64,000 bases of DNA, from the NCBI RefSeq assembly GCF_006345805.1, contig NC_042998.1, positions 28,768,001-28,832,000 of the forward strand, given 5' to 3'. The translations under genes and the position numbers were made by a program. The notes beneath the pieces were generated by a model that was not told the DNA's origin, ran no database searches, and was given only the letters and a program-made list of their open reading frames with translations. Numbering within the stretch: the stretch's first letter is position 1; each line of letters opens with the position of its first letter. The DNA comes from Octopus sinensis. Lineage: Eukaryota. Below are positions 11,405 to 23,027 of this stretch, one piece after another.

Positions 11405-12050
11405 TTATTCAATAAAATCCCCATTGGTTTCAACTGCAGCCTCCAGATGATTTGGGAATCTCCTGCTACTCTTCTGTATAGTCTTCTTGTTTAAGTTGGT
11501 GAATGCTACCATAATCCTTGCCTTCAGTTCATCTTTGGTGTTACAAGGGGTTTTGTTGGTCACTTTCTCATTTGTACCCCATACATAATAACCAAGGAGG
11601 TTGCAGTGTGGAGAGTTAGGTGGCCAGATGTTAGGGATGATGTGGTTGCAGAAATTATCTGACAGCCATGACTGGGTTCTCCTGCTTGTGTGGCATGGTG
11701 CAGAGTCCTGTTACGAGACCTAGGGTCTTCCAGCAGCCACCCTCTTGACCCAGGGCAGCATTACCTCATCCAGGCACTTGATGTAAGCCTTCTTGTTAAG
11801 TCTGAGGCTGTGTGGGAAGATGAAAGGAGGCATAATGTCGCCATCACTACTGATCACTCCAAACACCATGATGTTGACTGGATGTTTGATTTTTATCACT
11901 CTCGGTACATTGTCCTCAGATTGACACCCAGACACTCTGAAATGATTGTATTAGAGTTTCTGGCACAAATGCCAAGCAGTACAGCATGTTGTTTCCAAAT
12001 TTCTGGCAGAGTGAATTGTATTACGGTATTGTTTTTCTCACAGACAGTGC
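11405..12050 (-). pseudogene. Internally deleted maT/DD37D Tc1-mariner transposase pseudogene
   Basis: KHPVNIMVFGVISSDG...GRP*VS*QDSAPCH...WPPNSPHCNLLGYYVWG...NGDFIE*; 37 residues between the QD aspartate and the position of the third D (now G, GGT); N-terminal HTH remnant FTLPEIWKQHAVLLG..SECLGVNLRT joined directly to the catalytic domain; TIR-like end near 12110-12153. Confidence 0.85.
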
Positions 12051-12265
12051 CCAACTGACTCTACTCTACTGTGCAGTCAACAAAATAAAAAAAAAAACAA
12101 TGTGCATACGCGAAATTAAAAATATAGAATGACAATTTACCCATCGCACACTGTGTATGTGTATAGGTAGGTAGGTAGGTAGGTAGGTGGATAGATGGAT
12201 AAATAGGTTTGGATGATGTCTGACTGCTAAAGAAGTTCCAGAACATCCATGTTGGAAGGACCAGC

Positions 12266-12435
12266 AAAGTAGGCAGACAGAAAAAGCAATACACAGAAAA
12301 GGTGAAAGCTACAACATGGCAAGACACTTTATAGGAAAATGAATGAACAAAAAGTAGGCAGACAGAAAAAGCAATACACAGAAAAGGTGAAAGCTACAAC
12401 ATGGCAAGACACTTTATAGGAAAATGAATGAACAA
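12266..12435. repeat. 85-bp tandem duplication
   Basis: 12266-12350 repeated at 12351-12435. Confidence 0.9.
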
Positions 12436-12860
12436 TGATTATTATGATGATGATGATGATGATGATGATGCTAATATAGAAAGCATACATAAAATGAAGA
12501 TGATGATAAAATATACATACATACAGATGTATATATTTAAATGCATTTAACGTTAACATTAAGCAAATGACATAATGGCTGTCATATTCGTTTAGTTTAA
12601 CTCTTAGCAGGAAATAGTCTAATATTTGGTACTTATGAAGTATTTTTCGGAATGAATAACATATGGATAATGGAACAAGCATAAGCTTAAATGGTGGAGA
12701 GAAGAAAGATGGAAGGCCATGAGTGAGGAGGAGGCGGGGGAAAAAAATGGGATGCATCACTGGTGGCAAAGATGTGAAGTGAGAGGACAGGAAATATAGG
12801 TATGACCTTGAAATATTACAGCCTCAAATACTACCCTTGAGTTAGGGTATATGTCACCAT

Positions 12861-13260
12861 AAGGCGGCGAGCTGGCAGAATGGCTAGCATGACGGGCGAA
12901 ATGCCACTACGTTCTGAGTTCAAATTCTGCCGAGGTCGACTTTGCCTTTCATCCTTTCGGGGTCGATTAAATAAGTACCAGTTATGCACTGGGGTCGATG
13001 TAATCGACTTAATCCGTTTGTCTGTCCTTGTTTGTCCTCTCTGTGTTAAGCCCCTTGTGTGGGTAGTAAAGAAATAGGTATTTAGTCTGCTGTTACGTTC
13101 TGAGTTCAAATTCCGCCGAGGTCGACTTTGCCTTTCATCCTTTTGGGTTCGATTAAATAAGTACCAGTTATGCACTGGGGTCGATGTAATCGACTTAATC
13201 CATTTGTCTGTCCTTGTTTGTCCCCTCTGTGTTTAGCCCCTCGTGGGCAGTAAAGAAATA
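12861..13260 (+). mobile_element. Dimeric family A SINE with 15-bp TSD
   Basis: GGTATATGTCACCAT at 12846-12860 and 13261-13275; one A-box head and two B-box/body units. Confidence 0.9.
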
Positions 13261-13309
13261 GGTATATGTCACCATTGATGTACAGGTCTTCTGTAGTACA
13301 ACACATTGC

Positions 13310-13630
13310 CAGTCAATGTGGTCCTTTGCTCAGCCTTTCTCATTTCATTCCATTTCTACTTTGGTTTCTGTAAGTTCCTGCTAATCTGAAGCACACAAGA
13401 CTTCCTTATGCTGCAGTCAATCCTCCATATGCTTTATATCCAGACCAATGGATATACCACACCCGATTTGTATAGAACGGACGGTTTATCTTATACTCAA
13501 GTTTTCTCTCAGTTCTCAAACATTATACATTCATTGGACCATGATTGCCTTACTCTTCTCTAACTCCTCAGGTCTGCTACATTTAAGGCCCAAATCTCTC
13601 ACTACATTGCAGTGACAGGCGTCCCATTGG
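13310..13630 (-). pseudogene. Old RTE ORF C-terminal remnant
   Basis: Minus reads ..HCSEIWALNVADLRS.. followed by decayed segments that align by eye to the ETWAL..EASMLRW..RWYGHV region; many stops. Confidence 0.45.
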
Positions 13631-13679
13631 TTACTATGATGAGGTCCTGGTTAATCTAATCAACAGAAGAACCTGCACA

Positions 13680-14050
13680 CAGGGCGAAATGCTTAGCGGT
13701 ATTTCGTGTGCCATTGCGTATTGAGTTCACATTCCTCTGAGGTCGACTTTGCCTTTCATCATTTCAGAGTCGATAAATTAAGTATCAGTTATGCACTGGG
13801 GTCGATGTAATCGACTTAATCTGTTTGTCTGTCCTATCAGTGTTTAGCCCCTTGTGGGTAGTAAAGAAATAGGTATTTCGTCTGCCATTACGTTCTGAGT
13901 TCACATTCCGCCAAGGTCGACTTGGCCTTTCATCCTTTCAGGGTCGATAAATTAAGTACCAGTTATGTACTGGGGTCGATATAATCGACTTAATCCCTTT
14001 GTCTGTCCTTGTTTATCCTCTGTATGTTTAGCCCCTTGTGGGCGATAAAG
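13680..14050 (+). mobile_element. Dimeric family A SINE
   Basis: Two GGTATTTCG..GAGTTCACATTCC..GTCGACTT units. Confidence 0.85.
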
Positions 14051-14344
14051 AAATAAGAAGAGCCTGCACATAGACTTAATCTGCAACTGACTGAGTACTC
14101 CACAGAGATGCACACTCTCCATGTAGTTCTGAGGGAGATTCAGCATGACCCAAGACGTGACAAAAAACTGGTTCTTTAAAATGCTCCTCGTTTTTGCCAG
14201 TTGAGTGGACTGGAGCAACATGAAATAAAGTGTTTTGCTCAAGGACACATCATGCCGCTGGGAATCGAACTCCTGACCTCACAATCATGAATCCCCTAAC
14301 TACTAAGGTGAAAATCCTAAACACTACGTTTCTTTAAGAAACAA

Positions 14345-14623
14345 TGGCACAGGAGTGGCTGTGTGGTAAGTAGCTTGCTTACCAACCACACGGATGTTGT
14401 AGCATGGAAATCTAAATTTACTTATGGAGACAGCAACTGAATATCGCCTGAGGAGATACATATAGATAGATCTTCTTACACAGGTAAATCGTTACATAAT
14501 TTAAATTAAACTTAACTTTAAATCCTGTATATGCGAGAATCTGTATGTATTGAAACATTTGTAGTGATTAAAAAGCTGCCTAACCATACTTACTCTTCCT
14601 TTCGACTCTTTTACTTTTTACTT

Positions 14624-14660
<37 letters not shown>

Positions 14661-14890
14661 ATGTGTGTGTATGTTTGAGTGTCTGTGTTTGTCCTCCCCA
14701 ACATCGCCTGACAACCAATGGTGTGTCTACATCCCCATAACTTAGCAGTTCGGCATAAGAGACTTATAGAATAAGTAGGTATACAAAGAATGTCTTAGAA
14801 ATAGGCTTACAAAGAATAAGTCCTGGGGTCAATTTGTTTGACTAAAGGCAGTGCCTCAGTCAAATTTCTGAAACAAGTAAAAAAGTAGAA
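14345..14890 (+). mobile_element. Family B SINE, interrupted
   Basis: Head GGCACAGGAGTGGCTGTGTGGTAAGTAGC at 14346; 3' half at 14640-14890. Confidence 0.65.
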
Positions 14891-15900
14891 GAGTAACAAA
14901 AGCCTCAAACCCTTTACCAATTCCTCTAGGCTTCTGCACAGTTTCCGTCGCCCAAGCCAAATTCCCTCCAAATACGTTGATCATCTTGGGTTGTAATAGA
15001 AGACCCTTCTTAAATCCACAGGCATGTCCATGCCCATCTGAAAGCCTCTCAAATGATAAATAAGTTACCAATTGACTACAGTATCCACCCTTAAAATTTG
15101 AGGCCCTTTTTCTTGCGAGGAAACGTTACTTTCCATTAATCAGCTAGGCTTAATTAATTGCAATTATTACAATCAGACCTAAATTGGATTCTAAGGTTTA
15201 ATTGATAAGAAGATATAAATAAATGAATGTAGTCACGCATGGATGCACATTATATTAGCCTGACTGGAACATTATGTTTAATATGAATTGATCATTTATA
15301 CAATTAACAAATTAATAATCCGCATGTATTCATTCCCCTTGGCAATGGGGGGAAAAAGACCATTAGCTTAAACGTACGTGTTCCAATAATGTAAAAAAAG
15401 GAATAAAAACAAAAAAACTTACAGCTGTTTAGCTTGCAGTTAAAAAACAAAAAAAAATTATCCTTTATTTGCATTCATTTTCTTTTTGTTTCTCTGATAA
15501 GTTTCAGGCTTTTTCTTTTCTTTTTTTGTTTTGATTATTTTTTGATATTAGCATCATTATATTTGACTAGAGCTAAGTCTATTTGACAAAGAGTTAGGAA
15601 ATTTCGAACCAATTAGCTAATTTGAAGGGCCAGAAGATTCAAAGGACATAGATTGTAGCAATTATATTACTCCAGGTACTGAGTGAACAATAAGGCAATT
15701 GTTACAGAAAAGATCTCAATGGAGATACAAGTGTACAAGTCAGGTTCAGATGTTAGGAGTTACAGACTACTAAACTGCAGAGGTTTCAGTTCGATAATTC
15801 ATGTGAGATCGGTGATAATATATTAAACATTGGATATTAATGAGAACTGCTTATCTGCAACATATTAAAGTATTTAAGAGTTTAAAAATCTGTTAGGATT

Positions 15901-16270
15901 ATCATCATCATCATCGTTTAACGTCTGTTTTACGTGCTAGCATGGGTTGGATGGTTCAACTGGGGTCTGGGAAGCCAGGAGGCTGTACCAGGCTCCAGTC
16001 TGATCTGGCAGTGTTTCTACAGCTGGATGCCCTTCCTAACGCCAACCACTCTGTAAGTGTAGTAGGTGCTTTTTACGTGCCACCGGCACAGGTGCCAGGG
16101 GAGGCTCACAGCGTCCACGATTGGTTGGTACTTTTTACGTGCCACCGGCACAGAAGCCGGTCAAGGTGGTGCTAGCATCGGCCATGTTCGGATGGTGCTT
16201 TTTACGTGCCACCGGCACAAGTATCACAGCTACAATTTCCATTTGATATTTATTTTGATGTTGATGTACC
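15901..16270 (-). mobile_element. RTE LINE 3'UTR copy with three identical 20-nt hairpin units
   Basis: TTTTTACGTGCCACCGGCAC at 16070, 16132 and 16199. Confidence 0.9.
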
Positions 16271-16328
16271 TGACTCTCTTTTAGAATAATGACTGTGATT
16301 ATTTCAAAATTATATTCAAGATCTATCA

Positions 16329-16601
16329 GTGCAGGAGTGGCTGTGTGGTAAGTAGCTTGCTTACCAACCACATGGTTCTGGGTTCAGTCCCACTGCGTGG
16401 CACCTTGGGCAAGTGTCTTCAACTATAGCCTCGGGCAGACCAAAACCTTGTGAGTGGATTTGGTAGATGGAAACTGAAAGAATCCCGTCGTATATGTGTA
16501 TATATATATATATGTGTGTGTGTATGTTTGTGTTTGACCCCCCCCCAACATCGCTTGACAACCGATGAAACTGAAAGAAACCCATCGTATATATGTGTGT
16601 A

Positions 16602-16632
<31 letters not shown>

Positions 16633-16865
16633 GTATGTGTGTGTATATGTTGTGTATCTGTGTTTGTTCTCCCCCCCCCCCCAACATCACTTCACAACCG
16701 ATGCTGGTGAGTTTAGGTCTCCGTAACTTAGTAGTTCTGAAAAAGGGACTGATAGAATAAGTACTAGGCTTACAAAGAATAAGTCCTGAGGGGCGATTTG
16801 ATTCGACTAAAGGCGGTGCTCCAGCATGGCCACAGTCAAATGAATGAAACAAATAAAAGAATAAA
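16329..16865 (+). mobile_element. Family B CORE-like SINE with internal duplication
   Basis: Head, GGCACCTTGGGCAAGTG core (MIR-core-like ACCTTGGGCAAGT), internal TA/TG repeat, tail. Confidence 0.9.
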
Positions 16866-16869
16866 AAAT

Positions 16870-17600
16870 TTTACGTTTGGCAAATGCAAATTGTTGAAAG
16901 AGCGAGTTGGCTGAAGCATTAGCATGCCCGTCAAAGAATAGGAGAAGAATAGGGAAGGGTGGGAGAGAAAACCCGGAAAGGATGAAGAACAAGAGAGGGA
17001 ATGAGATAGACAGAGAAGAGATAGTAAAGAAGAAGTATTCTTCTCCTCTTCCCTTCACCGATCCCTCTTTCTCACTCCTCCTCCTCGACTCTCTCGTCGC
17101 TGACATGTGACGAGAGCGAATCTATCTTTCTGACTACTACCTCGTCATAAGCTCGTCATAAGCTCGTCTCCTTAAGCATTCAGAATAATTTTTCCATCGT
17201 CTTCACTTAACAGCCCTCATTGTTTGTTCTCACTGTCCTTGTTGCTTAACCCTTAATTATATTTATATATAAAAAAAAAACTTTTTGTAAAAGTTTCTAC
17301 CGATAATAGTTCTCTTTCCATACCAAACTACTTGGTAAATTTATTAATTATTAAATTAATAATTATTTACCCTTATATTTGTTATATATATATATATATA
17401 TATATAAATGAAGACATACAATAGAAATACAAAATGGCTGACGGTTAGTAAGGAGAGACACAAATAAGAAAGAAGAAAACAAAGGACCACTGATGCGGTC
17501 ACAGGAGTGTGACGAAAGAACTCTGGCCGAAATATGATTAAGATTAATGTAAAAAATAAATAACACTGAAGCAAAATAACACCAAATATATAGTGCGTGT
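16870..17600. promoter_or_regulatory. Candidate promoter/enhancer-like unique island
   Basis: Non-repeat, CpG-richer than flanks; octamer ATGCAAAT 16884-16891; GA/CT tracts; CTCTCGTC/GACGAGAG inverted pair 17091-17116; CTCGTCATAAG x2. Confidence 0.3.
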
Positions 17601-17646
17601 GTTTTTATTGGCTAAACTGGCAAAATGACCATTCCGAAATATAACA

Positions 17647-17695
<49 letters not shown>

Positions 17696-17699
<4 letters not shown>

Positions 17700-17855
17700 C
17701 GGACTCTCCCATCATTACACGACATATGAAGGTTTGACAATTTCTTGCCGATCAACCACACAGATGATTTGTTTATAGTGATCAAAGGTCTGTGTAGACA
17801 TAAGCTCACTCCTTATGTCAAATTGACATTACCTGTACAGGTGCGACTGGATGCC
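17696..17855 (-). mobile_element. Family D SINE 3' fragment
   Basis: Reverse complement of ~33215-33360. Confidence 0.7.
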
Positions 17856-18164
17856 ATATGCTGAAAGTCAACCTTGGCTGAGTTTGAACTCGGAACATAA
17901 TGACAGACAAAATACCTCTAAGCATTTCACCCGGTGTGCTAAAGTTTCTGCCAGCTTTCTGGGCTTATTTCAGTTTCTGTCTACCAAACCGACTCACATG
18001 GCATTGGTCGGCCCAAGGTGCCTTGCAGTGTGACTGAACTCAGAACCATGTGGTTAGGAAGCAAGCTCCTTACCACTCAGCCAAGTCTGGCATGGTAGCA
18101 ATTCTGCTAGGTTGGCACCTTAGGGGTCATGAAAATATTGCTTGCGCTATCACTACTATTCATG

Positions 18165-18725
18165 AAGATGATGATGATCATCATCATCATCGTTTAACGT
18201 TCTCTTTCCATGCTAGCATGGGTTGGACGGTTTGACTGAGTGCTGGCAAACCAGATGGCTGCACCAGGCTCCAGTCTTGATCTGGCAGAGTTTCTACAGC
18301 TGGATGCCCTTCCTAACGCCAACCACTCTGAGAGTGTCGTGGGTGCTTTTTACGTGCCACCGGCATGGGGGGGGGCCAGTCAGGCGGTACTGGCAACGAC
18401 TTCGCTTGAATCTTTTTACACATGCCACTGGCACAGGTGTCAGTAAGACAATGCTGGTAATGATCCCACTCGAATGATACCTTTTACATGCCGCTGGCAC
18501 GGAAGCCAGTTAGCTGCTCTGGCAATGATCTCGCTCAATGGGGCTCTTAGCACCCTACTAGCATGGGGCACAAATGCCAGTAATGTGACGCTGGTAACGA
18601 TCACGCTCGAATGGTGCCTTTTATGTGCCACTGGCACGGAAGCCAGTTAGCCACTCTGTCAACGATCACACTCGTATGGTGCTCTTTGCACCCCGCTAGC
18701 ACGGGTGCCTGTCATCGAATTTCAC
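18165..18725 (-). mobile_element. RTE LINE 3'UTR copy with six hairpin-bearing units
   Basis: Same tail and core; six diverged TTTTACGTGCCACCGGCAC-type units 18345-18705. Confidence 0.85.
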
Positions 18726-18729
18726 TTTG

Positions 18730-18957
18730 ATATGATGATGATGATAATTACAATGATGATAAAGATGTCAATAAGTATGTTGATGACAGAGTTTCAGATG
18801 ATAATGAAAATGATGGTGATGACAGCAATGGTAGAAGGGTAATGATGGATGACAACAACGATGACAGTGGCACTGATAATGATGACAGCATTGGCAAGAA
18901 TAATGACAATGATCATGACAACTGTGATGATACTGAAGAGGGTAATGATGGTGACGA

Positions 18958-18988
<31 letters not shown>

Positions 18989-19083
18989 TATGATGATGAT
19001 GGTGGTGGTGGTGGTGACGATGGTGATGATGGTGGTAGTGGTGGTGACGATGGTGATGATGATGGTGGTGGTGATGGTTATAA

Positions 19084-19114
<31 letters not shown>

Positions 19115-19290
19115 TATGATGATGATGGTTATGATGATGGTGGTGATGGTTATGATGATGATGGTTATGATGATGATGGTGATGGTTATGATGATGATGG
19201 TAATGATAGTGGTGATGATGATGATGGTGATGATGGTTGTGATGGTTATGATGATGAGGAAGATGAAAGCTGGTGATGATGATGATTCCC
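18730..19290. repeat. (GAT/GGT)n low-complexity repeat
   Basis: GATGATGATGGTTAT-type units; open in all frames because of composition. Confidence 0.9.
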
Positions 19291-19661
19291 TGACTCTATT
19301 GTTGCTATGGCATTTCTTCATTATCTCGGCATCTTTCTACTCTCATTTACTCTTCCATTTTGCCAATTAACTTCACTGAACGTTGCTAATGGTTGTGTAA
19401 TCAAAATATCTTTGGGCAACCTTTAATTAAGAACCAACTGTTGTATTAAATGTTGTTTATTTTAAATTACCATCAGAAAATTGTTACCAATTTCTCCAAC
19501 GAATGTTTTCTTCCTCCCACTTAAAGAACCAAACTCAATCTAATATAAAAAGTTGATTTCTTGACAAACTTTTTCAAATCAAAGGGATTTAGTTGCAGAA
19601 AAGGAAGAAAAACATTATTTGCTGACTGACAACAAAGAAAATGCATGGACAAGAATTTCTA

Positions 19662-19824
19662 GGCACAGGAGTGGCTGTGTGGTAAGTAGCTTGCTTACCA
19701 ACCATGTGGTTCCAGGTTCAGTCCCACTGCATGGCACCTGGGGTGTTTTCTACTATATCCTCAGGTCGACCAAAGCCTTGTGAGTGGATTTGGTAGATGA
19801 AAACTGAAAGAAGCCTGTCGTATG

Positions 19825-19850
<26 letters not shown>
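19662..19850 (+). mobile_element. Family B SINE 5' half
   Basis: GGCACAGGAGTGGCTGTGTGGTAAG head through GAAACTGAAAGAAGCC. Confidence 0.8.
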
Positions 19851-19896
<46 letters not shown>

Positions 19897-19914
19897 TATA
19901 TATACATGTATGTA

Positions 19915-20082
19915 TTTGACTGGCTTCTGTGCTGGTGGCATGTAAAAATCACCATCCGATCGTGGTTGATGCCAGCTCCTCTGGCCCCTGTGCCGGTGGT
20001 GCATAAAAAGCACCTACTACACTCACAGAGTGGTTGGTGTTAGGAAGGGCATCCAGCTGTAGAAACACTGCCCGATCAGACT
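19915..20082 (+). mobile_element. RTE LINE 3'UTR fragment
   Basis: GTGCCGGTGGTGCATAAAAAGCACC..GGAAGGGCATCCAGCTGTAGAAAC. Confidence 0.75.
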
Positions 20083-20377
20083 AGGCAAAGTCTTTGTCAA
20101 CAGGTACACCAAGATAAAACATATAAGCACATGGCAAATCCAGCATGTACCTCTTGCTTATACATTTTAATTTTTCAAATCCACCACACAAATTATTTTA
20201 TTTGCTAAAAAAAGTCTGAAACCATGGTCCAGGAAATAGATGGTAAATGTTCTTATTCCCTTCGAGATTTTATCCCTAATTAGTGGTTTGGACTTTAGCT
20301 GTCCCTTCTAGCGTAAGAGAGTCCTATGATGGATACCTCTTAATGTGTTTAAATGTACACTGTATTTTATATATATA

Positions 20378-20772
20378 CTAGCAGTATCGCCCGGCGTTGC
20401 TCGGGTTTGTAAGGGAAATAACTATATAAGCATTTTTAAAGATGTAAAGTATAATAGCCATCTCAATATGGCTAACCACAAAGGGGGAGGGGTGTTACTG
20501 TAGCTTTTTACGTTCTGAGATTTAATAATAAATTTTAGAGAGTTACTTCCCTTATATATGTCAAAAATGGATTAAAAATGGGAAAAATTGATGGTAAATT
20601 TTTTTTTAAATCGTAGACTCATCGTAGACGCGCGCTAATACCCAGACAGTCTCGATATGAATCACGACTATAAGATACCCGGTTTTGATTAAACTGCACC
20701 GCAAAATGTGGGAGTAGTTAGGAATCTAAATCGTAGGAGACAGACACACAACCTGACTTTTATATATAAAGA
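20378..20772 (-). mobile_element. Non-autonomous Helitron, 395 bp
   Basis: Minus strand starts A|TCTTTATATATAAAAG and ends with hairpin CCCGAGCAACGCCGGG plus CTAG|T: canonical TC...CTAG termini at an AT target. Confidence 0.85.
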
Positions 20773-20835
20773 TTTCCTCTATTTACATAATATTGAGGTC
20801 TCTTTCTTTCTTTTGTTATCTTACTGTTTTTACCA

Positions 20836-20880
<45 letters not shown>

Positions 20881-20940
20881 CAGAGATGTACTTGCATAGC
20901 AAGTGACTTGATCTGAGATCGTGTGCTGGAACGAAAACAG

Positions 20941-21199
20941 TTGCAACGTTGAAGGTGTTTATAAGCCATTTAAGAAACACACAAAAACCGTTAGATTCAC
21001 TTCAACATTTAAATTTAATTTGTCAAAATATTTTCGTCGCTTTGAGACCGCGACCTGTTAGCATGATATTTTTGTCAGTGAACAGGTCGCGGTCTCAAAG
21101 CGAGGAAAATATTTTGGCAAATTAAATTTAAATGTTGAAGTGAATCTAACGGTTTTTGTGTGTTTCTTAAATGGCTTACAAACACCTTCCACACTGCAA
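20941..21199. mobile_element. Fold-back element with 109-bp inverted arms
   Basis: Arms 20951-21059 and 21081-21189 with 3 mismatches and a 21-nt spacer. Confidence 0.9.
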
Positions 21200-21500
21200 T
21201 ATATATATATATACACACATATATATATATGTATGTATGTATGTATGTGTGTATATGTGTATGCATGTATGTGTGTGTGTGCGTGTCTGTGCTTGTGATT
21301 GTCCTCCACCACTGCTTGATAACGAATGTTGGTTTGTTTACATCCCTGTCACCTAGTGGTTTGACAAAGGAAACAGATAGAATAAGTACAATGCTTACAA
21401 AAATAAAACTGGAGTTGATTCATTAAACTACAATTCTTCAAGGCATTGCCCCAGCATGGCCACAGACCAATGGCTGGAAAAAGCAGAAGAATAAAAGAAT
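21200..21500 (+). mobile_element. Family B SINE, 3' half (diverged)
   Basis: GCTTGATAAC..TAGAATAAGTAC..GCATGGCCACAG. Confidence 0.7.
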
Positions 21501-21559
21501 ACATTCTCTGCTTTGGTCTTATGTTCAAGGCATGAGAAAGCTTGAGTTTACATGAGAAG

Positions 21560-21840
21560 GCCTAACAGACCTGGTAGAAACAGCAGCCAAATCTCCCTCA
21601 AATCACACCTTACTGTCTTATGTATGTATGTATATATATATGAGCCAATGAGGGGGACCTCTACATGGTAGCTAGACCTGGTAGAAATAGCAGCCAAATT
21701 TCCCCCAAATCACACCTTACTGTCTTATCTATGTATATATGTATGTATGAGCCCATGAGGGAGACCCCTACATGGCAGCTAGACATGGTATAAATAGCAG
21801 CCAAATCTCCCTCAAATCACACCTTACTGTCTTATGTATG
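21560..21840. repeat. ~110-bp tandem triplication of a retroelement tail
   Basis: AGACCTGGTAGAAATAGCAGCCAAATCTCCCTCAAATCACACCTTAC x3; reverse-complement relatives near 2410 and 50775. Confidence 0.8.
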
Positions 21841-21949
21841 TATATATATATATATACAAGCCACTACGGTTATTTAATGTAAAGTCTTCCTCAAATCACT
21901 CTCGCTATTTACTCTCTTCCAAGAACATTTTCACTCACTCTTATCTCTT

Positions 21950-22332
21950 AGCTTGCCATACATATTACTCATGTATCTATCAGCGTGATAGACAGAAACA
22001 AATATTACATCGCCATCGCCATCGCATTCTATTGTCTACCTGTCAACACACACGCAGTGAATTAGTTTCACTTTATTCGTTGCACACTGTGTGTGTGCGT
22101 TTGCGTGTGCTGTAAACCAGACTAAGAAAAGCATTTGACATACACACCAGAATGTGAGTTTTCTGTAAATTTTGCTTAATTGGAGTTTAAATTTTAAAAA
22201 CTGGACCTGGCATGACCCGATGCATTCTACTCTTAAAAATGCTAGGTAAATTGTAATTGAAGAAATCCTATATTGTAGATTTCTATAAGTGACAAAGGGA
22301 GGCAGATAAAATCTACCTTTTATAATAAGAGA
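21950..22332 (-). mobile_element. Probable Helitron 5' portion
   Basis: Minus starts A|TCTCTTATTATAAAAGG, like the 20772 terminus; no 3' hairpin/CTAG found. Confidence 0.45.
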
Positions 22333-22962
22333 TATATACAAGAAAAAAGCAACAAAAATGGATCAATATTTCGGTACAATTGTTTCGTACGAAGACCAGC
22401 TTTATTAAGGCTGCAAATATTGCAGTAAATATAAGTGACCTGTACTCATCAGCCAAAAAAACATCTGAGTTCTCCAAACATCTAAGGGGGTGAGGTTACA
22501 CTCCTGAAACATCAGGGATAGTTCTATAAAAATCAGATTTAGATAACAAACGAACTTCCAAAGTTCTTTAATGTTGCACAGTCATATAACAGGCTTTAAA
22601 AAAGTATTTTAAAAAACCTTTTAGTTTCCCAGAAAATGAAAATGTAAATCCATCCATATTGAAGTAGGTTTGATTTCTGGAGATATGAGGAGAGATTTCA
22701 TACTAGTCCATAATAAGTGTTTCCTGATGTATGATGATATACTGGTTACATTTCTGAAAATTTCTCAAAACTGCTATGTTAGAATTTTGTTTGTTGAAGG
22801 AAAGTTAGTGGAGTGTAGAGACAATCACTCTCATAGGGTATAATGGGGTAGCTGAGAGGGGAAGGGGATGTGAATATCCAACTACGCAGAATAGTTTATT
22901 TCAGTGGAAACAAACTGACTGATTCAGAATTTGCAAGAATCTAAGAGCTTTAAGGAGGAATG

Positions 22963-23023
<61 letters not shown>

Positions 23024-23027
<4 letters not shown>

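Noticed and set aside
11690-12058. 122-aa plus-strand ORF
   Set aside because: Antisense to the maT transposase pseudogene.
15060-15480. TAAT/ATTA-rich unique segment as a homeodomain enhancer
   Set aside because: Such motifs are expected at this AT content; there is no independent support.
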